Shown: piece by piece, positions 45,618 through 61,331 of the stretch
How positions within the stretch are numbered: position 1 is the stretch's first letter
Layout: each line of letters opens with the position of its first letter
Origin: Eledone cirrhosa
Lineage: Eukaryota
Reading direction: 5' to 3'
DNA: 64,000 nucleotides
Assembly: GCA_964016885.1 (NCBI GenBank)
Contig: OZ024741.1
Coordinates: 371,504,001-371,568,000, forward strand
Program-made: the position numbers and the translations under genes
The notes under the pieces: generated by a model
Database searches by the model: none
What the model was told of the DNA's origin: nothing
The model's input: the letters and a program-made list of their open reading frames with translations, nothing else

Positions 45618-48600
45618 ATACTTTGGGAGGGTCATGTTGCCAATAAGAAACACACGCACCAGTTGCTTTCACTTCAATTTATTATAATAAATTTATAAAT
45701 TTAGGAATTTATAAATTTCCGGTTGGTTGGTTGGTTCCACAATTGTTTATATATTGTCAAAGTTCTTTCGTCACACATTCTGTGACCTCTTCAGTGACTG
45801 GGGATTCTTTTCTTTGTTTTTGTGCCTCTCCTTTGTTCTGTCCTACGCCATCTTGTTTTTGTGTGTGTGTTGTGTGCTTAGTTTGCGCATGTGTTACATC
45901 CGGGTGTCCGTGTGTGTTTATATTCGTTTATTTATTTGTTTATTTGCATGTTACTGGTTGGTTGTTTGTTCTATGTGCGTGTGTGTTTTCATTTTGTCCT
46001 TAATTGTAAGTTGTGATGTTGCTGTTCCATTCATGTTTTCTATTTAATTTTGGTTGGAGTTCATTTATGTTTATTGCCTCTGTGATTTGTCTAAACATTG
46101 CGTCTTTTCTGTGTGTAGATTCTATTTCTATTTCTATGTTCTCTAATTTACCCTTATGTTCTATTTTAGCATGTTGGTAGAGTACAGATGATTCTTTACT
46201 ATCTTGAAGGTCTCGCCAGTGTTCATTTATCCATTCCCCTATACTACGAGCTGTCTCACCTATGCACACTATATTTTTATCGCTACATTGTCCTTCAGTA
46301 CATCTTATGCTATATACTACATTTCTAGTTTTACAGTTAATATGGGGGCTTAATTTACAGACTATAGATTACTTATCTATACAGGGAGGTCTTTGAAAAG
46401 GGTATGTATTGCTAATAAGTGTTTTTGTGGAGGTACCTGGTCTTTCTACTATCTTAATATTGAGTTTATGTTTATTTAGGGCCCTTCTAAATTTGTAAGC
46501 TAATTCACCTCTAGGGGTTGTATCGATGAACATTACACTCTGGTATTTATTGCTATCATACCATGAGTTTATTCTATTAGCCTTATTCCTAGTTCTTTCT
46601 ATTCTATTCCAAAATTTGCTCCTATACAAGGGGCAGGTCCCATTTGTGTCATTATTTACCATTTTTTTCCCATTTGGTTCTGGCTCCTCTATATACTCTG
46701 ATTTTATCTCTCTGATTGTAACCAGAGAACTGCATACGGTGGATGAAGTGATGTATGTGTCTCTTTAGTTTTTTTTTTGGTTGCACATGCGGGACATGTT
46801 TGTCATCACTCGTACCAAATCCACAATCAGTATGTTGATTTTGGTATGGTCCGAAACAGCTGAGTTTCGGTGGATCAGATATTTGGAAGTCATGCGTTTG
46901 GCATAATGGGAATGGAGGATTTGTTTTTTGTTATTAATGGTATCTAACCAGAGCTCTGTGTCTAGTACAGGTAATCGATGGTTGGGTGTTTGCTTGGGTA
47001 GTCTATAGTAACTCTAATACTCTGGTGGATGGAGTTAGCTATTTGCTGGATGCTTTCCATTGTGTTTTTCTCTAATTCCTGACTGTTCTCTAGTGGGGGT
47101 GTTTTTACTACGATGTTTATATCATCAACGTAGCGGGAGTACATTATCAGGGTTAAGGGGTCTTCTAATTGTTCTTTAAGTTTAAGTTTAAGTCTACTGT
47201 CTCACCATACCATAAATAGGTTAGCTATGTTGCCTGCAGTGCTAACACCAATGGCTGCTCCCTCCTCTTGGGTATATGTTTTTCCATTAAATTTAACATA
47301 TGTTCCTTAAGGGTTAATTTTATGCTGGCCCCCACCGCATGTGAAATCATTTTCTTTAGTTCATCGTGGTTTTCGGGGGTCCGTATGGCTCTCGTCCACC
47401 CGTTCCATCTATCTGTATGGCTTTTCTTGGCCATTGAGGTAATGGTAGGTGGTCTGCCTCTTGCTGGTCTTGTAGGGCACAGGTTGCTAAGGTCATATGT
47501 ATCTAGATAATTATTACTATAGGTAAGTTTAAGTAGGAGTCCCAGCTCACTGGTATCAATCCCACGGAATTCAACATTGCTCTCACTGATCATTTCTACG
47601 CATTTCTCCACAGCAAAATCCACGTCAATAGATGGATACAGGGACACAACATCCATACTACCTATTATGCAGTTTGTTAGGTCCCTAGATCGATTACCCT
47701 CGCCGATTCTGCTGAGGAGGTCCTCCGTGCTGTCACATACATCTGGGGACATTTCAATGATGGGGCGTATGATCAGGGAGAGGAAGTAGGATAGTCTGTA
47801 GTTACTAGCAATGTTAGCTCCACGGACTGGCCGTGTTGGTGGTCTTGTGACAGGGTCACTGCTCGTTTTATGGTCTTTTCGAAGCCTATACAACGCTGCC
47901 ACGTCATTGTTCCAGGCCTGGAAGTTGTTGGCAGTCCTTTTGTTGGGCTGCATTATATTTGTCTACATCATCATATGGGCATTGAGGGCTTTTTCTCTAT
48001 CCTCATGCTCTTGTGGTGTTACTTCTCTTGTGTTAGTGATGTGGGGTTGCATTGCCTGGATGTAGTTTGGCAGACTGTCAACCGACATTCTGCCAGACTT
48101 GTCTGTTGGAAAGCATGCTATCTCTCCATTACGCGAGCGCTGCATGAGCTTACGCAAGCCATTTGCAGATTCTTCTCCCAGTTGCTGGGCCTCCATTCTA
48201 TTATGCTTCTTGCTATACTGTTCTATAATATTTCTAAGTTTATATCTAGCTATACTAAATTGTGCTTCTGTTTGTTCATCGACCTGCGACGGCAATTGCG
48301 TGCGTTTGTTAAAAGCTAAAGTCGTGGCGTGGACTCGTCGCAGGTCGAACGACTTATCGGAAGGATTATAAAAAGTAGAGTTCCAGGCTGCTGCTTTATG
48401 TGTACTAGTGCTATTGTTATTGTTAGTTGTGTCGTTTCTATTTCTATTTCCACCAACAGCCTCATGGTTGTTTCTATGTCTCTCATTATTACTCCTGTCT
48501 CTTTCCTCTGGTTCATTGTTATTATCTACTCTATTTTGTGTGTCTGTGTGTTCGTCCTGGTTATTTTCTCTGTCCATAGTCTCCCTTCTCCTTTAAATCC

Positions 48601-49100
48601 TATTACCTTCCCTTATTTCTGTGCTACTGTCATTACCTGTTTTCTGCGTCTGTGTGTTTGTTAAGATTGTGGTGGTGGTGAGAGGCATTGGATGTGTGTG
48701 TGTTGTTGTTGTTGTTGTTGTTGATGTGGGCTGTTGTTGATGTGTGTTGTTGTTATTGTCTCCGTGTATGTTATTATTGTTGTGTGTGTTGTTATTGTTG
48801 TTTGTGTCTGCGTGTCTGTTGTTGTTGTTTCTGAGTATGTTATTATTGTTGATGTGTGTGTTGTTGTTATTGTTGTTTGTATCTGTATGTCTGTTGTTGT
48901 TGGGATGTGTGTTGTATGTGTGTGTGTGCTATGTTGTTACTTTTGTTTTTGTTTTTGTTTTTGAGGCTCCAACGTAATTTTGTAAATGATTTTTCTATTT
49001 CTGACAAGCATTTAATCATATTTACCTTATTAAATGTGGCATACTTAGGTGGTAGTTGTAATATCGATAATTCATCAGAGTCGACCGTAGTGTTGCCGTA
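45615..49100 (-). mobile_element. Near-full-length decayed Penelope-like retroelement (RT plus C-terminal GIY-YIG)
   Basis: ORF pieces with TDKSG, IIGSMDVVSLYPSI, GAAIG, YSRYVDDI, Cys linker, VVYSIRC...CIGETARS...EH, ITEAINI...LN; multiple stops and frameshifts; (TA)n on both sides. Confidence 0.9.
45756..45798 (-). ncRNA. PLE pLTR hammerhead
   Basis: Minus strand: gtca-CTGAAGA-gGTCACA gaatg TGTGAC-GAAA-GAAC-TT-tgac. Confidence 0.75.
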
Positions 49101-49113
49101 TATATTATAAACG

Positions 49114-49154
<41 letters not shown>

Positions 49155-49157
<3 letters not shown>

Positions 49158-49610
49158 TCACTCTCGAGTGCTATTGGTAACATGTAACCCAGTACAACCT
49201 GTCTCATTGTCGGGTCATCGACGACTAAACTGGCGACCCCACCAAGCTTGCTTGGTGAGAAGGGTGATATTGGACAGACTGTGGGATGAAATACAAGACC
49301 CGGCTAAGGGCGAAGGAACTCAGCAGAGTCAACGGCCATCCAAATAATACTTTTTTTTTTCACCTGGGAGTGAAAGGCTCCCAGTTGTTGTCAGAGGGAA
49401 ACTCTGAAAAATAAACCTGCAGCTTCGGAAGCATCTGATGATGTTGACCAGTTCTCCTTTTTTGGTAGTGTTTTCGATACTCAGAGAGTGGGATTGGTCG
49501 AGTGCAAGGCCTTTCCCCACTTAAAAACCTTCAAAACCCAGAAATTGCTTGTTCAGGATATCTGACAAGCGATTGCATTACTCTTAGCAGAGTTTGCAGC
49601 CATCATAAAT
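49155..49610 (+). mobile_element. Family F dispersed GC-richer repeat (possibly a LINE 5' UTR-derived element), copy 1
   Basis: Reverse-complement homologue at 52555-53047. Confidence 0.65.
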
Positions 49611-49889
49611 ATACAAGAAATAAACAAGCGAAGCACATCCAGGGTACCCGAAGACTCAGATCTCCTTCGATTTTCATGTACATTGCATCAGCTTTCTAAA
49701 ACCGCTGGTCCCGAAAAACCCTATGAAAAAGGACCCACAACTAAAGATTTCACGAGCAATCTAAAATAAATCTATTTTCGGGTAGGAAAAATAAGTTCAG
49801 TTCTTTTGATATGGTCTATATTGGGCCTTGAAACAACCTTAGGTGGCGTTTGTGTTCCGTGTATGAATATAAATAATATATATATATAT

Positions 49890-50086
49890 GAAAAAGTATG
49901 ACCCCGACGGCAGAGCTCAAGCCGTTTCGACGGCTATTTCTGGACTCAGAGTCCAGAAATAGCCGTCGAAACGGCTTGAGCTCTACCGTCGGGATCATAC
50001 TTTTTCCTATTTCCCACTCTACTACCCTAAGTATTGAGTACTCTGGTGTGTTATGGTCCATTTGGTTCCTTACCACAATTCCTTTG

Positions 50087-50090
<4 letters not shown>
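49890..50090 (+). mobile_element. Family B copy with 57-bp near-perfect terminal palindrome
   Basis: 49890-49946 / 49950-50006 reverse complementary, 3-nt loop. Confidence 0.85.
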
Positions 50091-50155
<65 letters not shown>

Positions 50156-50184
50156 AGTGTTGATACATACATATATATATACAT

Positions 50185-50233
<49 letters not shown>

Positions 50234-50505
50234 TGATATATGCATATACATATGTGGTATGCAATTATATCATATGTATATCTGTATGTAATGATTTTCA
50301 GTTATCATTGTTCACGATCTACAAACACACCACTACTAATCCATTAACTAGAGGGCTACTTTTCATGAAATTTTATCTCTAGAACAATTTCGTTCAGTTA
50401 TTAATATATGTCTACTTCACATTTCTTGTTTCGAATATTTTGGCGATGAAACATGGCTTTTGCTCCTTCGCATTTACAAAAACACTTCTTTTTTTTTTTT
50501 TATAG

Positions 50506-50576
50506 ATGTCTTATTTTCTTTTGGTTTCCCCACTCTTCTTCGAAATTGCTTTATGAAAGACAAAGAAATTGTGTTG
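50506..50576 (+). CDS. Candidate internal exon of an unidentified host gene
   Basis: Strong acceptor (t)14-atag and donor TTG|GTATGT; 71 nt, open as (D/N)VLFSFGFPTLLRNCFMKDKEIVL. Confidence 0.35.
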
Positions 50577-51059
50577 GTATGTTTGTAAAAGGACACTTTA
50601 GCACTATAGCAGAGATAGTGGAGTTAAAATGCGAAGAACCGCTTTTAATATGGCGTGAAATTAAATGGTTTGAAAATACTGAGAAATAAATTGTTTGGAT
50701 ATAAGGGATATTTTGACATGTTTTTAAGTTTGTAGAGGAAATTTACATTAGCGAGTTAATAGCAATATTGAATCACTAACCTAAATGCTTAAAACTAGAT
50801 TAAGTTTCAAACCTTTATGTTCTGCGTTCAACTCTCCCTGTTTGACTCTTTCCTCTTTTTATGATTTAACCATTTGGTTGCATGGTATGGGCCCGTAACT
50901 CCCGAATGAATTGTAGGACCACTGTACTGACATACGGCGTTTTTATGGAATTTTTAAACCTGGCGTAGCCCATCTTTTCTCCAAGTCAGAATACAGCAGA
51001 TTTCTTCCAGAGGAGGAAAGAGAGTGAGAGAACAGAAGTGATAACGGGATATAGGGGAA

Positions 51060-51210
51060 GAATAGACACCAGTACTTAACTAGTACTTTTTTATCGTCCT
51101 AGAAGGCAAAGTTGATCTCGGTAGGATTTAAACTTAAGGAGTAGAGAGCCGAAACGAATCGTGCAAAGCCCTCTATCCGGCGTTCTAACAAGTCTGCCAA
51201 TTTGCCGCCA
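51060..51210 (-). mobile_element. Nin-core SINE copy
   Basis: ttttatcgtcct.gaaggcaaagttgatctcggtaggatttaaact...tctgccaatttgccgcc. Confidence 0.7.
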
Positions 51211-51925
51211 TAATCATTTGGTTATCTAATGAAAGACTCTCCCTATGTGTTTCAATTTATTTTGAAAATAATCGAGAATTTCGCAGGATTTGGCAATATA
51301 TCTAACTTCATAATGTACCGTTATGAAGCCTGCCGTTTGAAATACAAGCTAATAAAGCTTCTTATCTAAAATTATGATGGAAGATTTTAAAAATAAATAT
51401 AAACACTTTAAAATAAACAGCTTAGTATCGTAAAACTAGAGGACGATTTCAGCCGGTTTGGTATTAAAATTTCTTTAATAAAATAAGAACCAGTAATATA
51501 TTGGTGTCATTTCAATCGACTACACTGCTTCTCTTACTCCTAGGATAAATAGGCTTGTGCTTATGTAAGAAATCAATTAGAAATCATGTGTCGTCATTAA
51601 CTGTGAAGCCTCGACCTACGTGACTTAAACCGTTTAATGGGCTCCTTCTGTGTATTGAGATAAAATCTTACAGTTGTCGAATGTATCTTTCAGCCCCTTC
51701 CCCAGGGTCAATAATAAAAATATAAGTACATAACAATATAGTAGATTCCATTAACTGAACACTTTATAAAACCTGGGCTTATTATTATCTATTCAAAGCA
51801 ATTAACTTTCGTTCAAGTATCGTGGTTGTTAGTTCAACAGAGTTTTGGTGGTAGGTTTGTTGTAATTTATTTTCTTGTCATAAAGGTTACTGTTGCTGCT
51901 GTTACTGTTGTTGCTGCTGCTGCTG

Positions 51926-51969
<44 letters not shown>

Positions 51970-52120
51970 GCCACACACACACACATGCGCGCGCACACAC
52001 ACACACACACATATATATGAATAGCTGACTGAACATACACGTACTTTTTCTTAAGCAATTTTCCGTTCCCTTTTCTTCTCCCCCTCTATCTTTCGATTTC
52101 AGCTTTCATTTCTCAGTTTA

Positions 52121-52156
52121 TCTTCTGACGAAGGACTAGTGTCCGAAACGTTAAGA
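52121..52156 (+). ncRNA. Minimal type I hammerhead, family E
   Basis: tctt-CTGACGA-a-GGAC tagt GTCC-GAAA-CGTT-aaga. Confidence 0.75.
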
Positions 52157-52248
52157 CTCTTTCGCTATTGTTTCAAGCGTTAAACTAATGTATTTCTTCA
52201 TTGAACTGTGTTGTTTACTTTGTTGTTTCTGTTTACTTTTCACACACA

Positions 52249-52283
<35 letters not shown>

Positions 52284-52554
52284 GCTCGTAGACTGATATT
52301 GTACAGAAACATATGTTAATGAACGAACTCTAAATAAATTTTTCTCTTCCAACATTTACTTCTTGCCTAGTCATTTGTTTTTCCTAGTATTATACCTTTA
52401 CTATTACATACATACATGTATACATACATTCGTACGTACATACATACATGTATACATACATACATGCGTATGTACACATATATATATATATATACATACA
52501 TATTTATACATACATATATACATACATGCGTACGTATATACATGCATACATACA

Positions 52555-53047
52555 TGATGGCTGCAAACTACTCTGCTACGAGTATTGCAATCGCTTGTCA
52601 GATTACAGAAAATGATGCACTTTTAGGCTACGGCCAGCCACACGAACCTGGACCATATCCTGAACAAGCAATGCCTGTGCTTTGAAGGTTTTTTTAAGTG
52701 GAGAAAGTCCTTACACTCCACCAATCCCACTCTATGAGCATCGAAAACGCTACCCGAAAAGGAGAACTGGTCAACATCATCGGATGCTTCCCTCTCCTAG
52801 AAAGGTGTTGTGACAGCAACTAGGGGCCTTTCACTCCCTGGTGAAAAAATAAATACTATTTGGATGGCCATTGACTCTGCCGAGTTCCTCCGCCCTTAGC
52901 TGGGTCTTGTATTTCATCCCGCAGGGTGTCCAAATTTCACCTCCTCACCAAGCAAGCTTGGTGGGGTTGCCGGTTTAGTCGCCGACGACCCGACCATGAG
53001 ACAGGTTGTACTGGGTTACATATTACCAGTAGCACCCGAGAACGCCC
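52555..53047 (-). mobile_element. Family F copy 2
   Basis: Homologous to 49155-49610; flanked by (TACA)n. Confidence 0.65.
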
Positions 53048-53209
53048 TGACATACATACATACATACATATATACATACATGCGTACGTACATACATTTA
53101 TACATACATACTTATATACATACATACATTCATACATACATACTCACCTACATACCTACAATCACAGATACATACACACATGAATTCATATATACATACA
53201 CAGTCACAG

Positions 53210-53249
<40 letters not shown>

Positions 53250-53881
53250 GCGTATGTATGAGTGCTTGTACTTCCATCCACATACCTTTACACACACACA
53301 CACACGCACACACGCACACACATATATATATATATATATAAACATACGTGTATGTATGTATTCTTAGTTACATGTATGTGCCTACATAATCACAACAGAC
53401 ATACATACACACATACGTATATATATATATAGAAAGAGATTGAGACAGACATACACACATGCGGACCAAACAGACCTTATTTGAAATGAAGGGTAGACGT
53501 GATTGTTCCAAAATACATCCTATTTAATTCCAATCATTCTCAGACAAACCTCTTCGTCGCCTTAACACATCTCTCCCCCCTCTTCTCTCCTCACCTCTAC
53601 CCCTCCTACCAACCATTTTCTATCTCTCATTCCCCTCTTCCTCTCCTCCTCTCTCCTCTCTCTTTCTGTGCCTCTGTCATTCTATCTCTCGCTCACTTCC
53701 CCCTCTTTCTTTCTCTGTCACTCTGTCATTCTCTCTCTCGCTCACCCCCCTCTTTCTTTCTCTGTCCCTCTGTCAGTCTCTCTCTCTCGCTCCCCTCCCT
53801 CTTTCTTTCTCTGTCCCTCTGTCAGTCTCTCGCTCACTCCCCTCCCTCTTTCTTTCTCTGTCCCTCTGTCATTCTCTCTCT

Positions 53882-53922
<41 letters not shown>

Positions 53923-54020
53923 CTATGTCACTCTTTTAATCTCGCACTGTCGATTCTTCCACTGTTAAAAAAACAACAACTATAACAAAACACCACCACC
54001 AACAACAACAACAACAAACC

Positions 54021-54052
<32 letters not shown>

Positions 54053-54421
54053 CAACAAAACACCACCACCAACAACAACAACAACAAAACACCACCACCA
54101 CCAACAACAAAACACCACCACCACCAACAACAAAACACCACCACCACCAACAACAACAACAAAACACCACCACCAACAACAACAACAACAAAACACTACC
54201 ACCACCATCATCAACAACAACACCAACACCAACACCACTACAACAACCACCACCACAACAACAACCACAACAACAACAATGGCTACAATATATAACAACA
54301 GTAACAACAACAAGGAGTTTTCGGTAAACACGTCACCCGTTGACTTTTAACTGTTGACGGAGGAAAAAAAATTATTGTTTTTTTCTTATTTTATTTATTT
54401 ATTTGTCTTTTTTTCTTTCAG

Positions 54422-54508
54422 CAAATCACTCGACATCCGGAAATCCATCATGAAATGTTCCAAGAGACGAAGCTAAACTCCGGAAGTGTCGATGGTGTGA
54501 GAAGCTGA
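54422..54508 (+). CDS. Candidate exon of an unidentified gene
   Basis: Long polypyrimidine acceptor ...ttttttctttcag|; phase-0 frame QITRHPEIHHEMFQETKLNSGSVDGVRS*. Confidence 0.25.
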   Translation, partial: QITRHPEIHHEMFQETKLNSGSVDGVRS

Positions 54509-54544
54509 TTGGTCTGATTACGAACACCTCCAGACCTTCCTACT

Positions 54545-57500
54545 TCCACCAACCACCACCACTACCACCATCACTACCAACACAAAGAACACTACTATCA
54601 ACACTACCACCAAGATTATCACCAACACCATCAATACTACCATCAATACTACCATCAATGCTACCATCAATACTACCATCAATACTACCATCAATACTAC
54701 CATCAATACTACCATCAACACTACTACCGTCAACACCACCATTAACACTACCATCAACACTACCACCAACATCATCAACACTACCATCAACACTACCATC
54801 AACACTACCACCAACACCATCAACACTACCATCAACACTACCATCAACACTACCACCAACACCATCAACACTACCATCAATACTACCATCAACACTACTA
54901 CCATCAACACCACCATCAACACTACCATCAATACTACCATCAACACTACTACCATCAACACTACTACCATCAACACTACCATCAACACCACCATCAACAC
55001 TACCATCAACACTACCACCAACACCATCAACACTACCATCAACACTACCATCAACACTACCATCAACACCACCATCAACACTACCATCAACACCACCATC
55101 AACACCACCATCAACACTACCATCAACACCACCATCAACACCACCATCAACACTACCATCAACACTAACATCAACACCACCATCAACACTACCATCAACA
55201 CTACCACCAACACCATCAACACTACCATCAACACTACCATCAACACTACCACCAACACCATCAACACTACCATCAATACTACCATCAACACTACTACCAT
55301 GAACACCACCAACAACACCACCATCAACACTACCATCAATACTACCACCAACACCATCAGCACTACCATCAACACTACCATCAACACTACCACCAACACC
55401 ATCAACACTACCATCAACACTACCATCAACACTACCACCAACACCATCAACACTACTACCATCAACACTACTACCATCAACACTACCATCAACACCACCA
55501 TCAACACTACCATCAACACTACCACCAACACCATCAACACTACCATCAACACTACTACCATCAACACTACCATCAACACCACCATCAACACTGCCATCAA
55601 CACTACCACCAATACCATCAACACTACCATCAACACCACCATCAACACTACTACCATCAACACCACCATCAACACTACCATCAACACTACCACCAACATC
55701 ATCAACACTACCATCAACACTACCATCAACACTACCACCAACACCATCAACACTACCATCAACACTACCATCAACACTACCACCAACAACATCAACACTA
55801 CCATCAACACTACCATCAACACTACCACCAACACCATCAACACTACCATCAATACTACCATCAACACTACTACCATCAACACCACCAACAACACCACCAT
55901 CAACACTACCATCAATAATACCATCAACACTACTACCATCAACACTACCATCAACACCACCATCAACACTGCCATCAACACTACCACCAACACCATCAAC
56001 ACTACCATCAACACTACCATCAACACTACCACCAACACCATCAACACTACCATCAATACGACCATCAACACTACTACCATCAACACCACCATCAACACCA
56101 CCATCAACACTACCATCAACACTACCATCAACACTACCACCAACACCATCAACACTACCATCAATACTACCATCAACACTACTACCATCAACACCACCAT
56201 CAACACTACCATCAACACTACCATCAATACTACCATCAATACTACCATCAACACTACTGCCATCAACACTACCATCAACACTACCACCAACACCATCAAA
56301 ACTACCATCAACACTACCATCAACACCACCATCAACACTACCACCAACACCATCACACTACAATCAACACTACTGCCATCAACACTACCATCAACACTAC
56401 CATCAACACTGCCATCAACACTACTGCCATCAACACTACCATCAACACTACCATCAACACTACTGCCATCAACGCTACCATCAACACTACCATCAACACT
56501 ACCATCAACACTACTGCCAGCAACACTACCATCAACACCACCATCAACACTACCATCAACACTATCATCAACTCTACCATCACACTACCATCAACATTAC
56601 CATCAACACTACTGCCATCAACACTACCATCAACACTACCATCACACTACTGCCATCAACACTACCAGCAACACTACCATCACACTACTGACATCAACAC
56701 TACCATCAACACTACCATCAACACTACCACCACCACCGACACCAACACTACCACCAAAAACATCATCAACATCACCACCACCAACACAAACACTACCACC
56801 AACACCATCATCAACATCACCACCACCAACACCAACACTACCACCAGCACCATCGTCAACACTACCACCATCAACACCAACACTACCATCAACACCACCA
56901 CCACAACAACAAGCACCACCACAATAACAAGCACCACCACCATCAACACCAACACTACCACCACCACAACCAACACCAACACTACCACCACCATCATCAA
57001 CACCAACACTACCACCACCAACACCAACACTACCACCACCACCATGAACACCAACACTACCACCACCACCATCAACACCAACACCACCACCAACAACAAC
57101 AACACCAGCACTACCACCACCACCATCAACACCAACACTACCACCACCACAATCAACACCAACACTACCACCACCACCATCAACACCAACACTACCACCA
57201 CCACCATCAACACCAACACTACCACCACCACCACCAACACCACCACCACCACCACCAACATCAACAACACCACCAACACTACCACAACCACCACCACCAC
57301 CAACACTACCACCACCACCAACAACACCAACTCTAACACCACCACCAACAACACCGACACTACCACCAACAACAACACCAACACCACCACCACCACCAAC
57401 AACACCAACAACAACACCAACACTACCACCACCACCAACAACACCACCACCACCACCACCAACATCAACAACACCACCAACACTACCACCACCACCACCA

Positions 57501-60500
57501 CCACCAACACTACCACCACCACCAACAACACCAACTCTACCACCACCACCAACAACACCAACACTACCACCAACAACAACACCAACACCACCACCAACAA
57601 CACCAACAACAACACCAACACCACCATCAACACCAACGACACCAACAACACCAACACCACTATCAACACCAACACTACCACCACCACCAACAACACCAAC
57701 ACTACCACCAACAACAACACCAACACTACCACCAACAACAACACCAACACTACCACCACCACTATCAACACCAACAACACCAACAACACCAACACCACCA
57801 CCAACACCAACACTACCACCACCATCAACACCAACACGACCACCACCACCAACAACACCAACACTACCACCACCAACAACACCAACACTACCACCACCAC
57901 CAACACCAACACTACCACCACCACCACCAACACCAACACTACCACCACCACGATCAACACCAACACTACCACCACCACCATCAACACCAACAACACCAAC
58001 ACTACCACCAACACCACCAACACTACCACCACCATCAACACCAACACTACCACCACCACCATCAACAACAACACTACCACCACCACCAACACTACCACAA
58101 AAACAACACCAACAACACCACCACCACCATCAACACAAACAACACCAACAACACCAACACCACCATCAACACCAACACTACCACCACCACCAACACCAAC
58201 ACTACCACCACCACCAACAACACCACCACCACCACCACAACCAGCAACAACACCAACACTACCACCACCAACAACACCAACACTATCACTACCAACAACA
58301 CCAACAACACCACCACCATCAACACCAACACTACCACCACCACCAACACCAACACTACCACCACCACCAACAACACCAACACTACCACCAACACCATCAA
58401 CACCAACACTACCACCACCAACAACACCAACACCACCACCACCAACAACACCAACACTACCACCAACAACACCAACACTGCCACCACCACCTACAACACC
58501 CACACTACCACCAACAACAACACCAATACCACTACCACCACCAACACTACCACCACCACCAACAACACCAACACTACCAGCAACAACAACACCAACACCA
58601 CCACCACCACCAACACCAACACTACCACCACCACCAACAACACCAACACTACCACCAACACCATCAACACCAACACTACCACCACCACCAACTACACCAA
58701 CACTACCACCAACAACAACAACACCACCACCAACACCAGCACTACCACCACCACCAACAACACCAACACTACCACTAACACCATCAACACCAACACTACC
58801 ACCACCACCAACAACACCAACACTACCACCAACAACAACAACACCACCACCAACACCAACACTACCACCACCACCAACAACACTAACACTACCACCAACA
58901 CCATCAACACCAACACTACCACCACCACCACCAACACCAACACTACCACCAATAACAACACCAACACCACCACCACCACCACCACCACCACCAACACCAC
59001 CACCACCACCAACACCAACACTACCACCACCACCAACACCAACACTACCACCAACAACAACACCAACACTACCACCACCACCAACAACACCAACACTACC
59101 ACCAGCACCAACACCACCAACAACACCAACACTACCAACAACAACACCAACACCACCAACAACACCAACACTACCACCACCAACAACACCAACACTACCA
59201 CCACCACCAACAACACCAACACAACCACCAACAACAACACCAACACCACCACCACCACCACCACCACCAACACTACCACCACCACCAACAACACCAACAC
59301 TACCACCACCATCAACAACACCAACACTACCACCAACACCATCAACACCAACAACACCAACACTACCACCAACACCATCAACACCAACAACACCAACACT
59401 ACCACCACCACCATCAACACCAACACTACCAACAACAACAACACCAACACCAACAACAACACCAACACTACCACCACCACCACCAACAACACCAACACTA
59501 CCACCAACACCACCAACACTACCACCACCAACAACACCAACACTACCACCACCACCATCACCACCATCAACACCAACACTACCACCACCAACAACACCAA
59601 CACTACCACCACCACCAACAACACCACCAACACTACCACCACCACCACCACCATCAACACCAACACTACCACCACCACCATCAACACCAACACTACCACC
59701 ACCACCAACACCAACACTACCACCACCACCACCAACACCAACACTACCACCACCACGATCAACACCAACACTACCACCACCACCATCAACACCAACAACA
59801 CCAACACTACCACCAACACCACCAACACTACCACCACCATCAACACCAACACTACCACCACCACCATCAACAACAACACTACCACCACCACCAACAACAC
59901 CAACACTACCACCAACAACAACACCAACACTACCACCACCACCATCAACACCAACAACACCAACAACACCAACACCACTATCAACACCAACACTACCACC
60001 ACCACCAACAACACCAACACTACCACCACCACCAACAACACCAACACAACCACCAACAACAACACCAACACCACCACCACCACCACCACCACCACCACCA
60101 ACACTACCACCACCACCAACAACACCAACACTACCACCAACACCATCAACACCAACAACACCAACACTACCACCAACACCATCAACACCAACAACACCAA
60201 CACTACCACCACCACCATCAACACCAACACTACCAACAACAACAACACCAACACTACCAACAACACCAACACTACCACCACCACCATCAACACCAACACT
60301 ACCAACAACAACAACACCAATACCAACAACAACACCAACACTACCACCACCACCACCAACAACACCAACACTACCACCAACACCACCAACACTACCACCA
60401 CCAACAACACCAACACTACCACCACCACCATCACCACCATCAACACCAACACTACCACCACCACCAACAACACCAACACTACCAACAACAACAACACCAA

Positions 60501-61300
60501 CACCACCAACAACACCAACACTACCACCACCAACAACACCAACACTACCACCACCACCAACAACACCACCAACACTACCACCACCACCAACAACACCAAC
60601 ACTACCACCACCACCAACAACACCAACACTACCACTAACAACAACACCAACAGCACCACCAACAACACCACCAACAGCACCACCAACAACAACACCAACA
60701 ACACCACCACAACACAACCACCAACACTACCACCACCACCATCAACACCAACACTACCACCACCACCATCAACACCAACACTACCACCACCACCAACAAC
60801 ACCAACAACACCACCACCACCACCACCAACACTACCACCACCACCAACAACACCAACAACAACAACACCAACAACAACACCAACAACAACACCAACACTA
60901 CCACCACCACCAACAACACCAACACTACCACCACCAACAACACCAACACTACCACCACCAACAACACCAACACTACCACCACCACCAACAACACCAACAC
61001 TACCACCACCACCACCAACACCAACACTACCACCACCACCATCAACACCACCAACAACACCAACAACACCAACACTGCCACCACCACCATCAACACCAAC
61101 ACTACCACCACCACCAACAACACCAACACTACCACCACCAACAACACCACCAACAGCACCACCAACAACAACACCAACAACAACACCACAACACCACCAC
61201 CAACACTACCACCACCACCAACAACACCAACACTACCACCACCACCATCAACACCACCAACAACACCAACAACACCAACACTACCACCACCACCAACAAC

Positions 61301-61331
<31 letters not shown>

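Noticed and set aside
47195-47215. In-frame TGA in the PLE RT as possible selenocysteine (as in Naiad PLEs)
   Set aside because: It sits at a probable Trp position (W*D); the element has other stops and frameshifts and a C-terminal endonuclease, and no SECIS was seen
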